From the NCBI GenBank assembly GCA_902780135.1, contig CACZEK010000004.1:7146-71145 (forward strand): a DNA stretch of 64,000 bases, written 5' to 3'. The position numbers and the translations under genes were made by a program. A model generated the notes under the pieces. That model made no database searches, was not told the origin of the DNA, and worked only from the letters and a program-made list of their open reading frames with translations. Each line of letters begins with the position of its first letter. The stretch's first letter is position 1. This document shows, piece after piece, positions 43,072 to 52,900 of this stretch. This DNA is from an uncultured bacterium. GTDB taxonomy: Bacteria; Verrucomicrobiota; Lentisphaeria; Victivallales; UBA1829.

Positions 43072-43953
43072 ATGTGGGACTATAACAACAAAGTCATGGA
43101 TTATTTCCTGAACCCGCGGAACGTGGGCGAGATCGCCGATGCGGACGCGGAGGCCGAGGTCGGCAACATGACCTGCGGCGACGCCCTCAGGATCTTCCTC
43201 AAGATCGACGAATCCACGCATAAGATCCTGGACGCCAAGTTCAAGACCTTCGGCTGCGCCAGCGCTATTGCCAGTTCGTCCATCCTGACCGAGATCGTGA
43301 TCGGCATGACGGTCGAGGAGGCCGCGCGTGTGACCAACCGCGACATCGTGGACCGTCTCGGCGAGCTTCCCGAAGAGAAGATGCACTGCTCCGTGATGGG
43401 CATGGAGGCGCTTCAGGCCGCCCTCGGCGAATACGCGAAGAAGCACGGCCTCGCGCTGCCCGAAGTGAAGAACGACGACCCGGACGACCACGAGGGCCGC
43501 ATCGTCTGCAAGTGCTTCGGCGTGACCGACGCGAAGATCCGCAAGGTCGTCCGCCTGAACCACCTCACCACCGTCGCCCAGGTGACCGAATACACCAAGG
43601 CGGGCGGCGCGTGCGGGACCTGCCTCGACCAGATCCAGCAGATCCTCGACGAGATGAACAACACGGTCCACGCCCCCGCCGAAATGGAGAAGCCGCAGGC
43701 CGGGTCGTTCGATACCCTGTCGCCCGTCAAGAAGGCGCTGAAGGTGCAGGAAGTGATCGACAAGGAGATCAAGCCCGCGCTCGAACGCGACGGCGGCAGC
43801 ATTGAGCTGATCGACCTCGACGGCGACGTCGTGAAGGTCTCTCTCCGCGGCGTCTGCGCGACCTGCCCGAACTCCAAGCTGACCCTGCGGAAACTCGTGC
43901 AGGGCAAGCTCCATGAATTCCTGTCCGACCGGCTCGTGGTCGAGGAGGCGTGA
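43072..43953 (+). CDS. nifU: NifU-type Fe-S cluster scaffold (IscU-like N, BFD-like 2Fe-2S middle, Nfu C)
   Basis: NPRNVGE..GNMTCGDAL..FKTFGCASAIASSS. CKCFGVT..GGACGTC. C-terminus GGSIELIDLDGDVVKVSLRGVCATCPNS. Confidence 0.93.
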   Translation: MWDYNNKVMDYFLNPRNVGEIADADAEAEVGNMTCGDALRIFLKIDESTHKILDAKFKTFGCASAIASSSILTEIVIGMTVEEAARVTNRDIVDRLGELPEEKMHCSVMGMEALQAALGEYAKKHGLALPEVKNDDPDDHEGRIVCKCFGVTDAKIRKVVRLNHLTTVAQVTEYTKAGGACGTCLDQIQQILDEMNNTVHAPAEMEKPQAGSFDTLSPVKKALKVQEVIDKEIKPALERDGGSIELIDLDGDVVKVSLRGVCATCPNSKLTLRKLVQGKLHEFLSDRLVVEEA

Positions 43954-43954
43954 C

Positions 43955-45142
43955 ATGAACGGCGAAGAACGCGTCATCTATCTGGACAACAACGCCACCA
44001 CGCGCACCGCGCCGGAGGCAGTCGCCGCCATGCTGCCGTATTTCTCCGAATACTACGGCAACGCGTCCAGCATCCATAAGTTCGGCGGCCGCCTGGCGAA
44101 GGTGGTCGAGGAGGGCCGCGCGAAAGTCGCGGCGTTCCTCGGCGCCGACCCGAGCGAGATCATCTTCACGTCCTGCGGGACCGAGGGCGACAACGCCGCC
44201 ATCCTGAGCGCGCTGGACGTCTGCCCGGTCCGCCGCCGCAAGATCGTGATTTCCACGGTCGAGCATCCCGCCATCCTCAACCTCGGCAAGGACCTCGAAC
44301 GCCGTGGCTACACCGTGGTGAAGATCCCCGTCGACAGCCTCGGCCGCCTCGACATGGACCGCGCCCGCGAAATGATCGACGAACAGACCGCGGTCGTCTC
44401 CGTGATGTGGGCGAACAACGAGACGGGCAACCTGTACCCGGTGGAAGCTCTCGCCGAACTCGCGCACCGCGCGGGCGCGCTCTTCCACACCGACGCCGTC
44501 CAGGCCGCCGGAAAGATCCCGTTCAAGCTCCGCGACATGAACATCGACATGCTCAGCGTGTCAGGACACAAGTTCCATGCCCCGAAGGGCATCGGCGCCC
44601 TGTACGTGCGCCGCGGCGTGCGGTTCCGTCCGTTCGTCGTCGGCGGACACCAGGAACGCGGACGCCGCGCCGGGACGGAGAACGTGCCGTACATCGTGGG
44701 CATGGGCGTGGCTGCCGAGCTCGCCATGGCGAACTTCGACACGGAGAACAACTACGTCCGCAAGCTCCGCGACGACCTGCACAACCGCCTCATCGCCGCC
44801 ATCCCGAGCGTCCGTGTGAACGGCGACGTGGAGCACCGCCTGCCGAACACCACCAACCTGTCGTTCGAGTACATCGAGGGCGAATCCATCCTGATGCACA
44901 TGGACATCCACGGCATCTGCGCCAGCAGCGGCAGCGCGTGCACGACCGGCAGCCTGGAGCCTTCCCACGTGATGCGCGCCATGGGCGTGCCGTACACAGC
45001 GGCGCACGGCGCGATCCGCTTCAGCTTCTCCCGCTACAACACGCAGGAAGACGTGGACACGGTCGTGGAAGTCCTGCCCGGCATCATCGAAAAGATCCGC
45101 GCGATCTCCCCGTACTGGGCGGATTTCGTGGCGAAACGCTGA
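43955..45142 (+). CDS. nifS: Cysteine desulfurase NifS
   Basis: IYLDNNATT..SGHKFHAPKGIGALY (PLP Lys)..SSGSACTTG (active-site Cys loop). ATG lies 2 nt after the nifU stop. Confidence 0.95.
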   Translation: MNGEERVIYLDNNATTRTAPEAVAAMLPYFSEYYGNASSIHKFGGRLAKVVEEGRAKVAAFLGADPSEIIFTSCGTEGDNAAILSALDVCPVRRRKIVISTVEHPAILNLGKDLERRGYTVVKIPVDSLGRLDMDRAREMIDEQTAVVSVMWANNETGNLYPVEALAELAHRAGALFHTDAVQAAGKIPFKLRDMNIDMLSVSGHKFHAPKGIGALYVRRGVRFRPFVVGGHQERGRRAGTENVPYIVGMGVAAELAMANFDTENNYVRKLRDDLHNRLIAAIPSVRVNGDVEHRLPNTTNLSFEYIEGESILMHMDIHGICASSGSACTTGSLEPSHVMRAMGVPYTAAHGAIRFSFSRYNTQEDVDTVVEVLPGIIEKIRAISPYWADFVAKR

Positions 45143-45168
45143 AAAAACGAAAAAAAACGGCAAAACGG

Positions 45169-45196
45169 TTTGACAAACCATATTCCGGCATATAAA
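45169..45196 (+). promoter_or_regulatory. Candidate promoter of Zn-ribbon/TatD/UbiA/HNH/LplA unit
   Basis: TTGACA-N16-TATAAA. Confidence 0.5.
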
Positions 45197-45252
45197 TTAC
45201 GGGCGATTTTCGAAACCGCTTTGCCTGAACCCCATCATAAGGAGACTGTAAC

Positions 45253-45549
45253 ATGGTCATGATCTGCCCCTACTGCGATACGGAGATCAACGAAAAGCAG
45301 ATGGAAGCCGAAGACGGGTGCTGCCCGGAATGCGGCGCCGTCCTGACGCAGTCCAATATCCTCAGCGATCCCGACGACCCCGACAACGGAGACGGGTACG
45401 ACGATTACGACGATGACGACGACGATTATTCCGCTTTCGGCGAGCGTTCCAGAGATTACGACGAGGAGTTCGACGAATTCGACGAGTTCCTCGAGGAAGA
45501 GGAAAAACGCGAACGCGACGAGGCGAAGAACCGCAACAAGAACAAATGA
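45253..45549 (+). CDS. Small Zn-ribbon protein with extremely acidic tail
   Basis: CPYCDT..CCPECG, then DPDDPDNGDGYDDYDDDDDDY..DYDEEFDEFDEFLEEEE and a basic end KNRNKNK. AAGGAG SD. Its stop overlaps the next ATG (ATGA). Confidence 0.75.
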   Translation: MVMICPYCDTEINEKQMEAEDGCCPECGAVLTQSNILSDPDDPDNGDGYDDYDDDDDDYSAFGERSRDYDEEFDEFDEFLEEEEKRERDEAKNRNKNK

Positions 45550-46376
45550 TGCCGGAGTGGATGTCCCAGGACTTCGAACTTTTTGACACCCATGCCCACC
45601 TCGGCGACGACGGATGCCCCGACGAAGCGGAGTTCTACCGGCGCGCGGAGGAGGCCGGGGTGCCGTGGCTCCTGCTGTGCGGCTCGGATTACGAGTCCAG
45701 CCGCCGCGCCGCGGAGTTTGCGTCGCATTTCGGCCGCGTCTTTTTCGCCGCCGGGCTTCATCCGCTGGACGCGGTGAAGCGTCCGTGCGAAGCGGCGGCG
45801 TTCGAGCCGTTCGCGGACGCTCCCCGGTTCGCCGCCGTCGGCGAGATCGGACTGGATTACTACTACGAACGGGATACGCGCGACACGCAGCTCGCGGTGT
45901 TCCGCGCGTTCCTGGAGCTGGCGCTCCGGCTGGACCGCCCCGCGATCGTCCACACGCGCGACGCCGACGGCAGCACGCTTGCCTACGACGACGCCTACGG
46001 ACTGCTTTCGGATTTCGCCCGCGCGGGCGGACGGTTCGTGCTCCATTCCTTCGCGGGGAGCCTCGACGACCTCGAACGCTTCGGCGCGCTCGGCGCATTC
46101 TTCGGATGCGGCGGCATGGTGACGTTCAAGAAGGCGGACAACATCCGCGCGCTCGCGCTCCGCTACCCTGAGGACCGCATCCTCCTCGAAACCGATTCCC
46201 CCTACCTGGCGCCCGTTCCGTTCCGCGGACAGGAAAACCACCCCGGATTCCTCCCGTGGACCGCCCATGCCCTCGCCGCCCTGCGCGGCTGGAGCATGGA
46301 GAAGACCGTGACCCTGACGACATCCAACGCCAAACGTTTTTTCAGGATACTCCCCGACCATGAAGAACTCAAGTAA
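45546..46376 (+). CDS. tatD: TatD-family metal-dependent hydrolase/DNase
   Basis: LFDTHAHL..AVGEIGLDYYY..IVHTRDA..VLHSFAG..LLETDSPYLAPVPFRG, the complete TatD signature set. Confidence 0.9.
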   Translation: MMPEWMSQDFELFDTHAHLGDDGCPDEAEFYRRAEEAGVPWLLLCGSDYESSRRAAEFASHFGRVFFAAGLHPLDAVKRPCEAAAFEPFADAPRFAAVGEIGLDYYYERDTRDTQLAVFRAFLELALRLDRPAIVHTRDADGSTLAYDDAYGLLSDFARAGGRFVLHSFAGSLDDLERFGALGAFFGCGGMVTFKKADNIRALALRYPEDRILLETDSPYLAPVPFRGQENHPGFLPWTAHALAALRGWSMEKTVTLTTSNAKRFFRILPDHEELK

Positions 46377-47295
46377 GCACGAAACGCTCCGCGGCTGGTT
46401 CCAGCTCACCCGTCTGCCCCATCTTTTCACCGTGCCCGGCGATCCGCTGATCGGCTTTCTGATCGCGGGCGGCATGATGCAGGAGGGCAGGGGCTATTTC
46501 CCCATTGCCGCGGTCTGCTTCATTTCGTTTGCCATGTCGCTTTTCGGCATTGTCACGAACGACCTGGCGGACATCCAGATCGACATGACGCAGCATCCCG
46601 ACCGGCCTCTGCCGCGCGGCGTGATCAGCCCGCGTGCGGCGTCGTATACGGCGCAGCTGTGCTTTCTGGCGGCGGTCGTGCCGGCGTTGTGCCTGGGCTG
46701 GCGTTTCACCTTCGTCACGCTTGTGGCTCTCATCAGCATCTACACCTACAATTTCTACGTCAAATACCGCCCGAAGCGCATGTCCACGATGATGGCGGTC
46801 ATGCGCGACCTGACGTTCGGGCTGGGCATCCTGATCGTGCCGGGCATCTCCTTCCCCCGGATCCTGCTGCTGGTGCTGTACGGCGTCGGGCTTTTCCTGT
46901 ACTACTGCGGCCTGAACGAGATCACGCGGTCCGAGACGCCTTCGAAGATCGTGCTGCCCGGCGGCGGCAAAATGCTTGCCGGGGCGTGCTGCTGCGCCAT
47001 CGTGCCGCTGGTCTTCGTCATCAAGCTTCTGCGCGACTCCACGGCGCTGATGCCGGTGGTCTTCGGCCTGCTGGCGATCCTGATGTGCGCCGTGTATCTC
47101 CTGATCGCGCTGTGGGTGTACCAGGTCTCCCGGACCGGGGCGTCGCCCGCGCGCGTCCAGAGGTCCGTGCATGTGTCGTTCCGGGCTGCCCTCCTGGTGC
47201 AGGCGGCCGCCGCCGCGTCCTGCGGCCTGGTCGTCCTGCCGGTGATCCTCCTGCTGTGCCTGGCGGGGTCCGCCCTCGCGGAAAAGTATTCCTGA
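46360..47295 (+). CDS. UbiA-superfamily prenyltransferase-like membrane protein
   Basis: About 8-9 TM segments. First Asp-rich motif NDLADIQIDMTQHPDRPLP. 17-nt overlap with tatD. Confidence 0.8.
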   Translation: MKNSSKHETLRGWFQLTRLPHLFTVPGDPLIGFLIAGGMMQEGRGYFPIAAVCFISFAMSLFGIVTNDLADIQIDMTQHPDRPLPRGVISPRAASYTAQLCFLAAVVPALCLGWRFTFVTLVALISIYTYNFYVKYRPKRMSTMMAVMRDLTFGLGILIVPGISFPRILLLVLYGVGLFLYYCGLNEITRSETPSKIVLPGGGKMLAGACCCAIVPLVFVIKLLRDSTALMPVVFGLLAILMCAVYLLIALWVYQVSRTGASPARVQRSVHVSFRAALLVQAAAAASCGLVVLPVILLLCLAGSALAEKYS

Positions 47296-47310
47296 CGCGG
47301 ATTCCGGACG

Positions 47311-47679
47311 ATGGAGGACTGGTTCGACATGCGGGTGGACCCCGCGCAGATCGCGAAGGAACGGGCGAAGGCGCGCGAACTCCGCCGCACCAACTGGTGG
47401 CAGGCGCAGATTCAGAAAGGCGTCTGCCATTACTGCGGCAGGAAATTCCCCCCGTCCGAGCTGACCATGGACCACGTCGTGCCGCTTTCGCGCGGCGGAC
47501 GCAGCACGAAAGGCAACATCGTGCCCTGCTGCAAGGAATGCAACAACGGCAAGAAATACACCATGCCCGTCGACGAGATCCTCGCCGAACTCGACCGCGA
47601 AGACCGCGAGCGCGAGGCCGCGCGGGACGCCGCGGACACGGATGCCGGATCGCCGGACGACTCTTCGCGGGACGTCTGA
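47311..47679 (+). CDS. Small HNH endonuclease-domain protein
   Basis: CHYCGRKF..TMDHVVPLSRGG..GNIVPCCKECNNGK (HNH with CxxC..CxxC Zn site). Acidic tail. Confidence 0.85.
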   Translation: MEDWFDMRVDPAQIAKERAKARELRRTNWWQAQIQKGVCHYCGRKFPPSELTMDHVVPLSRGGRSTKGNIVPCCKECNNGKKYTMPVDEILAELDREDREREAARDAADTDAGSPDDSSRDV

Positions 47680-47699
47680 GACCCGCCCCCGGAGCCCTT

Positions 47700-48686
47700 A
47701 TGGATTATTACTGGAACGAACGGACCGACCCCGCGTACAACCTGGCGCTGGAGGAGGTCATGGCGGAGCAGGCGGACGCGCCGTTCGCGATGCTCTGGCG
47801 GAACCGTCCCGCGGTGATCGTCGGGCGGAACCAGAACGCCTGCCGCGAGTTCAACGCCGCCTATGCCCGCGAGCACGGCGTCGCGGTCGTGCGGCGCATG
47901 ACGGGCGGCGGCGCGGTCTATCACGACCTCGGCAACCTCAATTTCAGCATCTTCGCGTTCGAGACGGACGCGAACAGGCGTTATGTCGACTTCGCGCCGT
48001 TCGCCGGACCCGTGCTTGCCGCGCTGCGGGCGCTGGGCGTGAAGGCGGAGTTTTCCGGGCGCAACGACATCCTCGTGGACGGGCGCAAGGTCTCCGGCAG
48101 CGCGAAGCGCGTCCACAACGGCCGCATCCTGTTCCACGGCACGCTCCTGTTCGACGTCGATTTCGAGGCGATGGCGGCTGTCCTGACGCCTCCGCAGGCG
48201 AAGATCGAGGCGAAGGGCGTCGCGTCCGTCCGGGCGCGCGTGGCGAACCTGAAGGAATTTCTGCCCGGCCTGGACCGCGAGACGTTCCGGCAGGCGATGG
48301 AACGCGAACTCCTCCGGCAGTTCGGACTGAAGGGGCCGCTCCCGATCATGGACAACCGGGTGCGCGAGGCGGAACGGACCGCCGACGAACGCTACCGGTC
48401 CTGGGAATGGAATTTCGGCGAGTCCCCGGATTTCACGTTCGAGCGCACGCGCCGGTTCCCGTGCGGGACCGTGACCGTGCATCTGGACGTGCATTCCGGC
48501 ATCATCCGGCGGGCGGCGTTCCGCGGCGATTTCTTCGGCTCCGCCCCTGCCGACGAACTTGCGTCCCTCCTGTCCGGCTGCCCCCACCGCGCCGACGCCG
48601 TCCGCGCGGCGTTGTCCGGGGCGGACGTCGGGCGGTATATCGCCGGGCTTGAGCCGGATTCCCTCGCGGATCTGCTCGCGCCGTAA
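47700..48686 (+). CDS. lplA: Lipoate-protein ligase A
   Basis: Own reading of the frame inside the long 46659..48686 track ORF: MDYYWNERTDPAYNLALEEV..VGRNQN..RRMTGGGAVYHDLGNLNFS..GRKVSGSA, typical LplA. Confidence 0.9.
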   Translation: MDYYWNERTDPAYNLALEEVMAEQADAPFAMLWRNRPAVIVGRNQNACREFNAAYAREHGVAVVRRMTGGGAVYHDLGNLNFSIFAFETDANRRYVDFAPFAGPVLAALRALGVKAEFSGRNDILVDGRKVSGSAKRVHNGRILFHGTLLFDVDFEAMAAVLTPPQAKIEAKGVASVRARVANLKEFLPGLDRETFRQAMERELLRQFGLKGPLPIMDNRVREAERTADERYRSWEWNFGESPDFTFERTRRFPCGTVTVHLDVHSGIIRRAAFRGDFFGSAPADELASLLSGCPHRADAVRAALSGADVGRYIAGLEPDSLADLLAP

Positions 48687-48766
48687 TGGCGCGGGATCGG
48701 TCTTCTCCTCGCACGGGCCGGTTTCCGTTTTTGCCTCCGTTTTTGGCATAGAATAATAAATTTGCC

Positions 48767-48795
48767 TTGAAAAATTGATTAGCATGTGATATATT
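48767..48795 (+). promoter_or_regulatory. Candidate promoter of RND efflux operon
   Basis: TTGAAA-N17-TATATT. Confidence 0.55.
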
Positions 48796-48811
48796 AATAT
48801 GATATTATCAT
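48791..48811. promoter_or_regulatory. Overlapping palindromes at the RND promoter (candidate MarR operator)
   Basis: ATATTAATAT (48791..48800) and ATGATA-T-TATCAT (48799..48811), overlapping and just downstream of the -10. Confidence 0.35.
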
Positions 48812-48843
48812 CAAGAAAAAACCAGGAACAGAGGTCCCCCGAT

Positions 48844-49953
48844 ATGAAAAAACTGTCAGTCATGAGTTTGACCGCGGCCGCGTTCGCCGCTCTCATCATC
48901 CCGATGTTCGCCCAGATGCCCGGCGCCGCCATGAAGCAGGTCGTCGGCGTCGCCGAGGTCGAAGAAGTCGCCAACGTCCAGAGCCGCCGTTACACGGGGC
49001 AGGTGGTCGCGCAGGCGGAGGTGAACGTGGTCTCGCGCGTGTCGGGCGAGATTCTGAAGCTCGGCTTCAACGACGGCGACTATGTGAAGAAGGGCCAGAT
49101 GCTGTACACGATCGAGAAGACGCCGTATGAGGCCGCCGTGAAGCAGGCGGAGGCCACGATCGCGGAATGCAAGGCGAGGCTTGAATATGCTCAGAGTACC
49201 TACGACCGCAACCAGATGCTCTATGAAGTGAACGCCACCAGCAAGGACACAATGGAGAATACGAAGTCCGCGCTGGATGCCATGCGTGCCGAACTCGCCG
49301 CCGCCGAAGCGGGGCTGGTCACGGCGCAGTACAACCTGGATCATACCACGATCACGGCCGCCATCGACGGCCAGGCCGGCGTGACCAAATTTACCGCGGG
49401 CAACTACATCACGCCTTCCTCCGGCACGATGCTCTCGATCATCCAGATGAAGCCCATCCGCGTGCGTTTTGCCATGAGCACGGGCGATTTCCTGTCCGGC
49501 TACGGCAATCTCGCCGCGCTGAAGGCGGACGGCCAGGTCTCCCTGAAGCTCGCCGACGGTTCGGAATACGCCGACGGCGGCAGGATCGAGTTCCTGAACA
49601 ACGAGGCGAACGTGAAGACCGACGCCGTCCAGGTGTACGCGTCGTTCCCGAACGCCGACCTGAAGCTGATCCCGGGCAGCACGGTCACGGTGACGCTGTC
49701 GAAGAAGTCCGCGGAAAAGATGCCCGCGGTGCCGCCGTCCGCCGTGATGCACGACGCGAAGGATTCCTTCGTGTACGTCCTCGCCGAAGGCAACAAGGTC
49801 GAGCGCCGCATGGTGGAGCTGGGCGACATGACGAAGACGCACCAGCTGATCAAGTCCGGCGTGAAGACGGGCGAAAAGGTCGTGTCTCAGGGCACGCACA
49901 AAGTGATGCCCGGCGACGAAGTCATCCCCGCCGCGTCCGAAGAGAAAAAGTGA
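48844..49953 (+). CDS. RND efflux membrane fusion (periplasmic adaptor) protein
   Basis: Signal/anchor MKKLSVMSLTAAAFAALIIPMFAQ. Lipoyl/hairpin pattern VSRVSGEILKLGFNDGDYVKKGQMLYTIE..YEAAV. Confidence 0.9.
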   Translation: MKKLSVMSLTAAAFAALIIPMFAQMPGAAMKQVVGVAEVEEVANVQSRRYTGQVVAQAEVNVVSRVSGEILKLGFNDGDYVKKGQMLYTIEKTPYEAAVKQAEATIAECKARLEYAQSTYDRNQMLYEVNATSKDTMENTKSALDAMRAELAAAEAGLVTAQYNLDHTTITAAIDGQAGVTKFTAGNYITPSSGTMLSIIQMKPIRVRFAMSTGDFLSGYGNLAALKADGQVSLKLADGSEYADGGRIEFLNNEANVKTDAVQVYASFPNADLKLIPGSTVTVTLSKKSAEKMPAVPPSAVMHDAKDSFVYVLAEGNKVERRMVELGDMTKTHQLIKSGVKTGEKVVSQGTHKVMPGDEVIPAASEEKK

Positions 49954-49971
49954 TCCCGGGGGCGACAAACG

Positions 49972-52900
49972 ATGTTTTCCAAGATATTCATTGACCGGCC
50001 GCGATTCGCGATCGTCATCAGCCTGATCATGGTCCTGGCGGGCGTGATCAGCCTCTCCAAGCTCCCCGTGGCGGAATACCCCGAGATCGCGCCGCCGTCG
50101 CTGTATGTGACCGCGATGTATCCCGGCGCCAGCGGCGAAGTGATCGCGCAGACCGTCGCCATGCCGATCGAAGACCAGATCAACGGCGTGGACGACCTGC
50201 TGTACTTCTCCTCGGCGTGCAGCAACGCCGGTTCCTATTCGTGCACCGTGACGTTCAAGAGCGGCACCGACACCGACATCGCGATGGTGAACCTGCAGAA
50301 CGCCATCAAGCGCGCCGAGCCCATGCTGCCGACCGACGTGACGAAGCTCGGCATCACCGTCGAGAAGCGCGGCAACGACATCCTCGCCGTGTACGCCTTC
50401 ACCACGGACGAGTCGACGCTGAACATGATGGAGCTGAACAACTACATCAACGTGAACGTGAAGGACGCCATCACGCGCCTTGACGGCGTGTCCTCGGCGG
50501 AAGTGATGTCGCTGGAGGAATACTCCATGCGCATCTGGCTCGACCCGCTCCGCATGGCGGGACTCGGCATCTCCACCTCGGATATTTCGCAGGCCGTGCA
50601 GTCGCAGAACATCCAGGCCGCCGCGGGCAGCATCGGCACGGAGAAGAGCAACAACTACATGTCGTTCAAGCTGAACGTGAAGGGGCGCCTCCAGACGGCG
50701 GAGGAATTCGAGAACATCATCCTGCGCCACGATTCGGACGGCAGCATCGTGCGTCTCCGCGACGTGGCGAAGGTCGAAGTCGGCTCCAGCTCCTACGCGG
50801 GCCGGAGCGTGTTCAACGGCCATCCCTGCGTGGCTCTGCTCGTGAACCGCACGCCGGACGCGAACGCCATGGGCACGGTCGGGCGCGTGAACGCCGAGCT
50901 CGAGCACTGGAAGACGCTTTTCCCGAAGGGCGTGAGCGTGGTCAGCGCGTACGACCCGACCGAGTTCATCGAGGTGTCGATGAGGGAGATCGTGATGACC
51001 ATCGTGCTCGCCCTGGCGCTGGTGGTGTTCATCACCTGGATCTTCCTTCAGGACTGGCGCGCCACCCTGATCCCGTCCGTCGCGATCCCCGTCGCCCTGA
51101 TCGGCACGATGACCTTCCTGTACGCGCTCGGCTACAGCATCAACGTCCTGACGATGTTCGGACTGATCCTGGTGGTCGGCTCGCTGTGCGACGACGCCAT
51201 CGTGGTGGTCGAGAACTGCCAGGGGCTGATGGAGCGCGAAGGCCTCGGCCCGAAGGCCGCCGCCGAAAAGACGATGCGCCAGATCACCGGCGCCATCATC
51301 TCCACCACGCTCGTGACCGTCTCCTGCTACGTCCCGCTGGCGTTCTACGGCGGCATGGTCGGCGTGATCTACGTCCAGTTCGCCGTCACCATGTGCATCT
51401 CGCTGTGCCTCTCCACGACGCTCGCCATGACGCTCAGCCCCGCGCTCTGCGCCATCCTGCTGCGCCGCCCGGACAACCACGTGCCGCTGCTGTTCCGCCC
51501 GTTCAACGCGGTGCTGGATTTCAGCCGCAAGATCTACCTCTTCTTCACCGGCTTCCTCGTGCGCGTCTGGCCCGTCGCCATCCTCCTGTTCGCCGGCGTG
51601 CTGTTCAGCGTCTACTACATGTTCACGCATTCCCTCAGCTCGTTCCTGCCGAGCGAGGACAAGGGCGTGCTCTTCTGCAACGTGGAGCTCCCGAGCGGCG
51701 CGTCCGTCGAACGCACGGACGCCGTCCTGGACGAGATCCGCGAGAAGCTCGCGGACATGAAGGGCATCCGCTCGACCCTTGCCGTGTCCACGTTCAGCAT
51801 GATGTCCGGCTCCGGCGAAAACGTCGGCATCGTGATCGCCGCGCTGGACCACTGGGACAAACGCAAGACGCCGGATCTCCAGCTCACTGCGCTTCAGGGG
51901 CAGATTCAGCAGCGCCTGTCGTCCATCCCGGACGCCAGCATCACGGTGTTCTCCCCGCCCGCCATCATGGGCCTGGGCATGGTCAACGGCGTGAGCGCGC
52001 AGGTGTGCGGCATCGGCGACGTCGACCCCATCGACCTCTCGAACGTGATGAAGAGCTACACCCGCGAGCTGATGGGGCATCGGGATATGATCGCGGTCGC
52101 CATGACGCCCTACAACGCCGATACGCCGCAGCTGTACCTTGACATCGACTTCGACAAGGCGCAGATCCTCGGCGTCTCCCCGATCAGCATCTACAACACG
52201 CTCCAGAGCAAGCTCGCCTCCCTCTACATCAACGATTTCACCATGATCAGCCGCAACTTCAAGGTGAAGATGCAGGCTTCCGCCGACTACCGTTCCACCC
52301 TCGACGACATCCGCGAGATCCAGGTGGTCAACGACGTCGGCGAAATGGTCCCGCTGACCTCGTTCGGCGAACTGAAGTACACCGTCGGACCGCGCCAGAT
52401 CTCCCGTTTCAACAAGATGACCAGCGCCGAACTGACCGTGAACGGACTTCCCGGATCGAGTTCGCGCCGCATCATGGACCTGATGGAGCAGGCGCACCTG
52501 CCCGACCAGTACCACCTGGAATGGACCGCGCTGAGCTACCAGGAACGCCAGAACGAAGGCCAGATCGTCTACCTCATGGCGCTCGCCCTGATGTTCGCCT
52601 ACCTCTTCCTCGTCGCCCAGTACGAAAGCTGGACGATCCCCGTGCCCGTGATGCTGACCGTGTCGTTCGCCGTCTGCGGCGCGCTGATCGGATTGAAGAT
52701 CGCGCATCTCGACCTCAGCATCTACGCCCAGCTCGGCATGGTCATGCTGATCGGGCTTTCCGCCAAGAACGCCATCCTCATGGTCGAATTCGCCAAGCAG
52801 GAGCGCGAGCACGGCAAGAGCATCGTGGAAGCCGCATTGAGCGGCGCGAGCCTCCGTTACCGCGCCATCCTGATGACCGCCTGGAGCTTCATCTTCGGCG

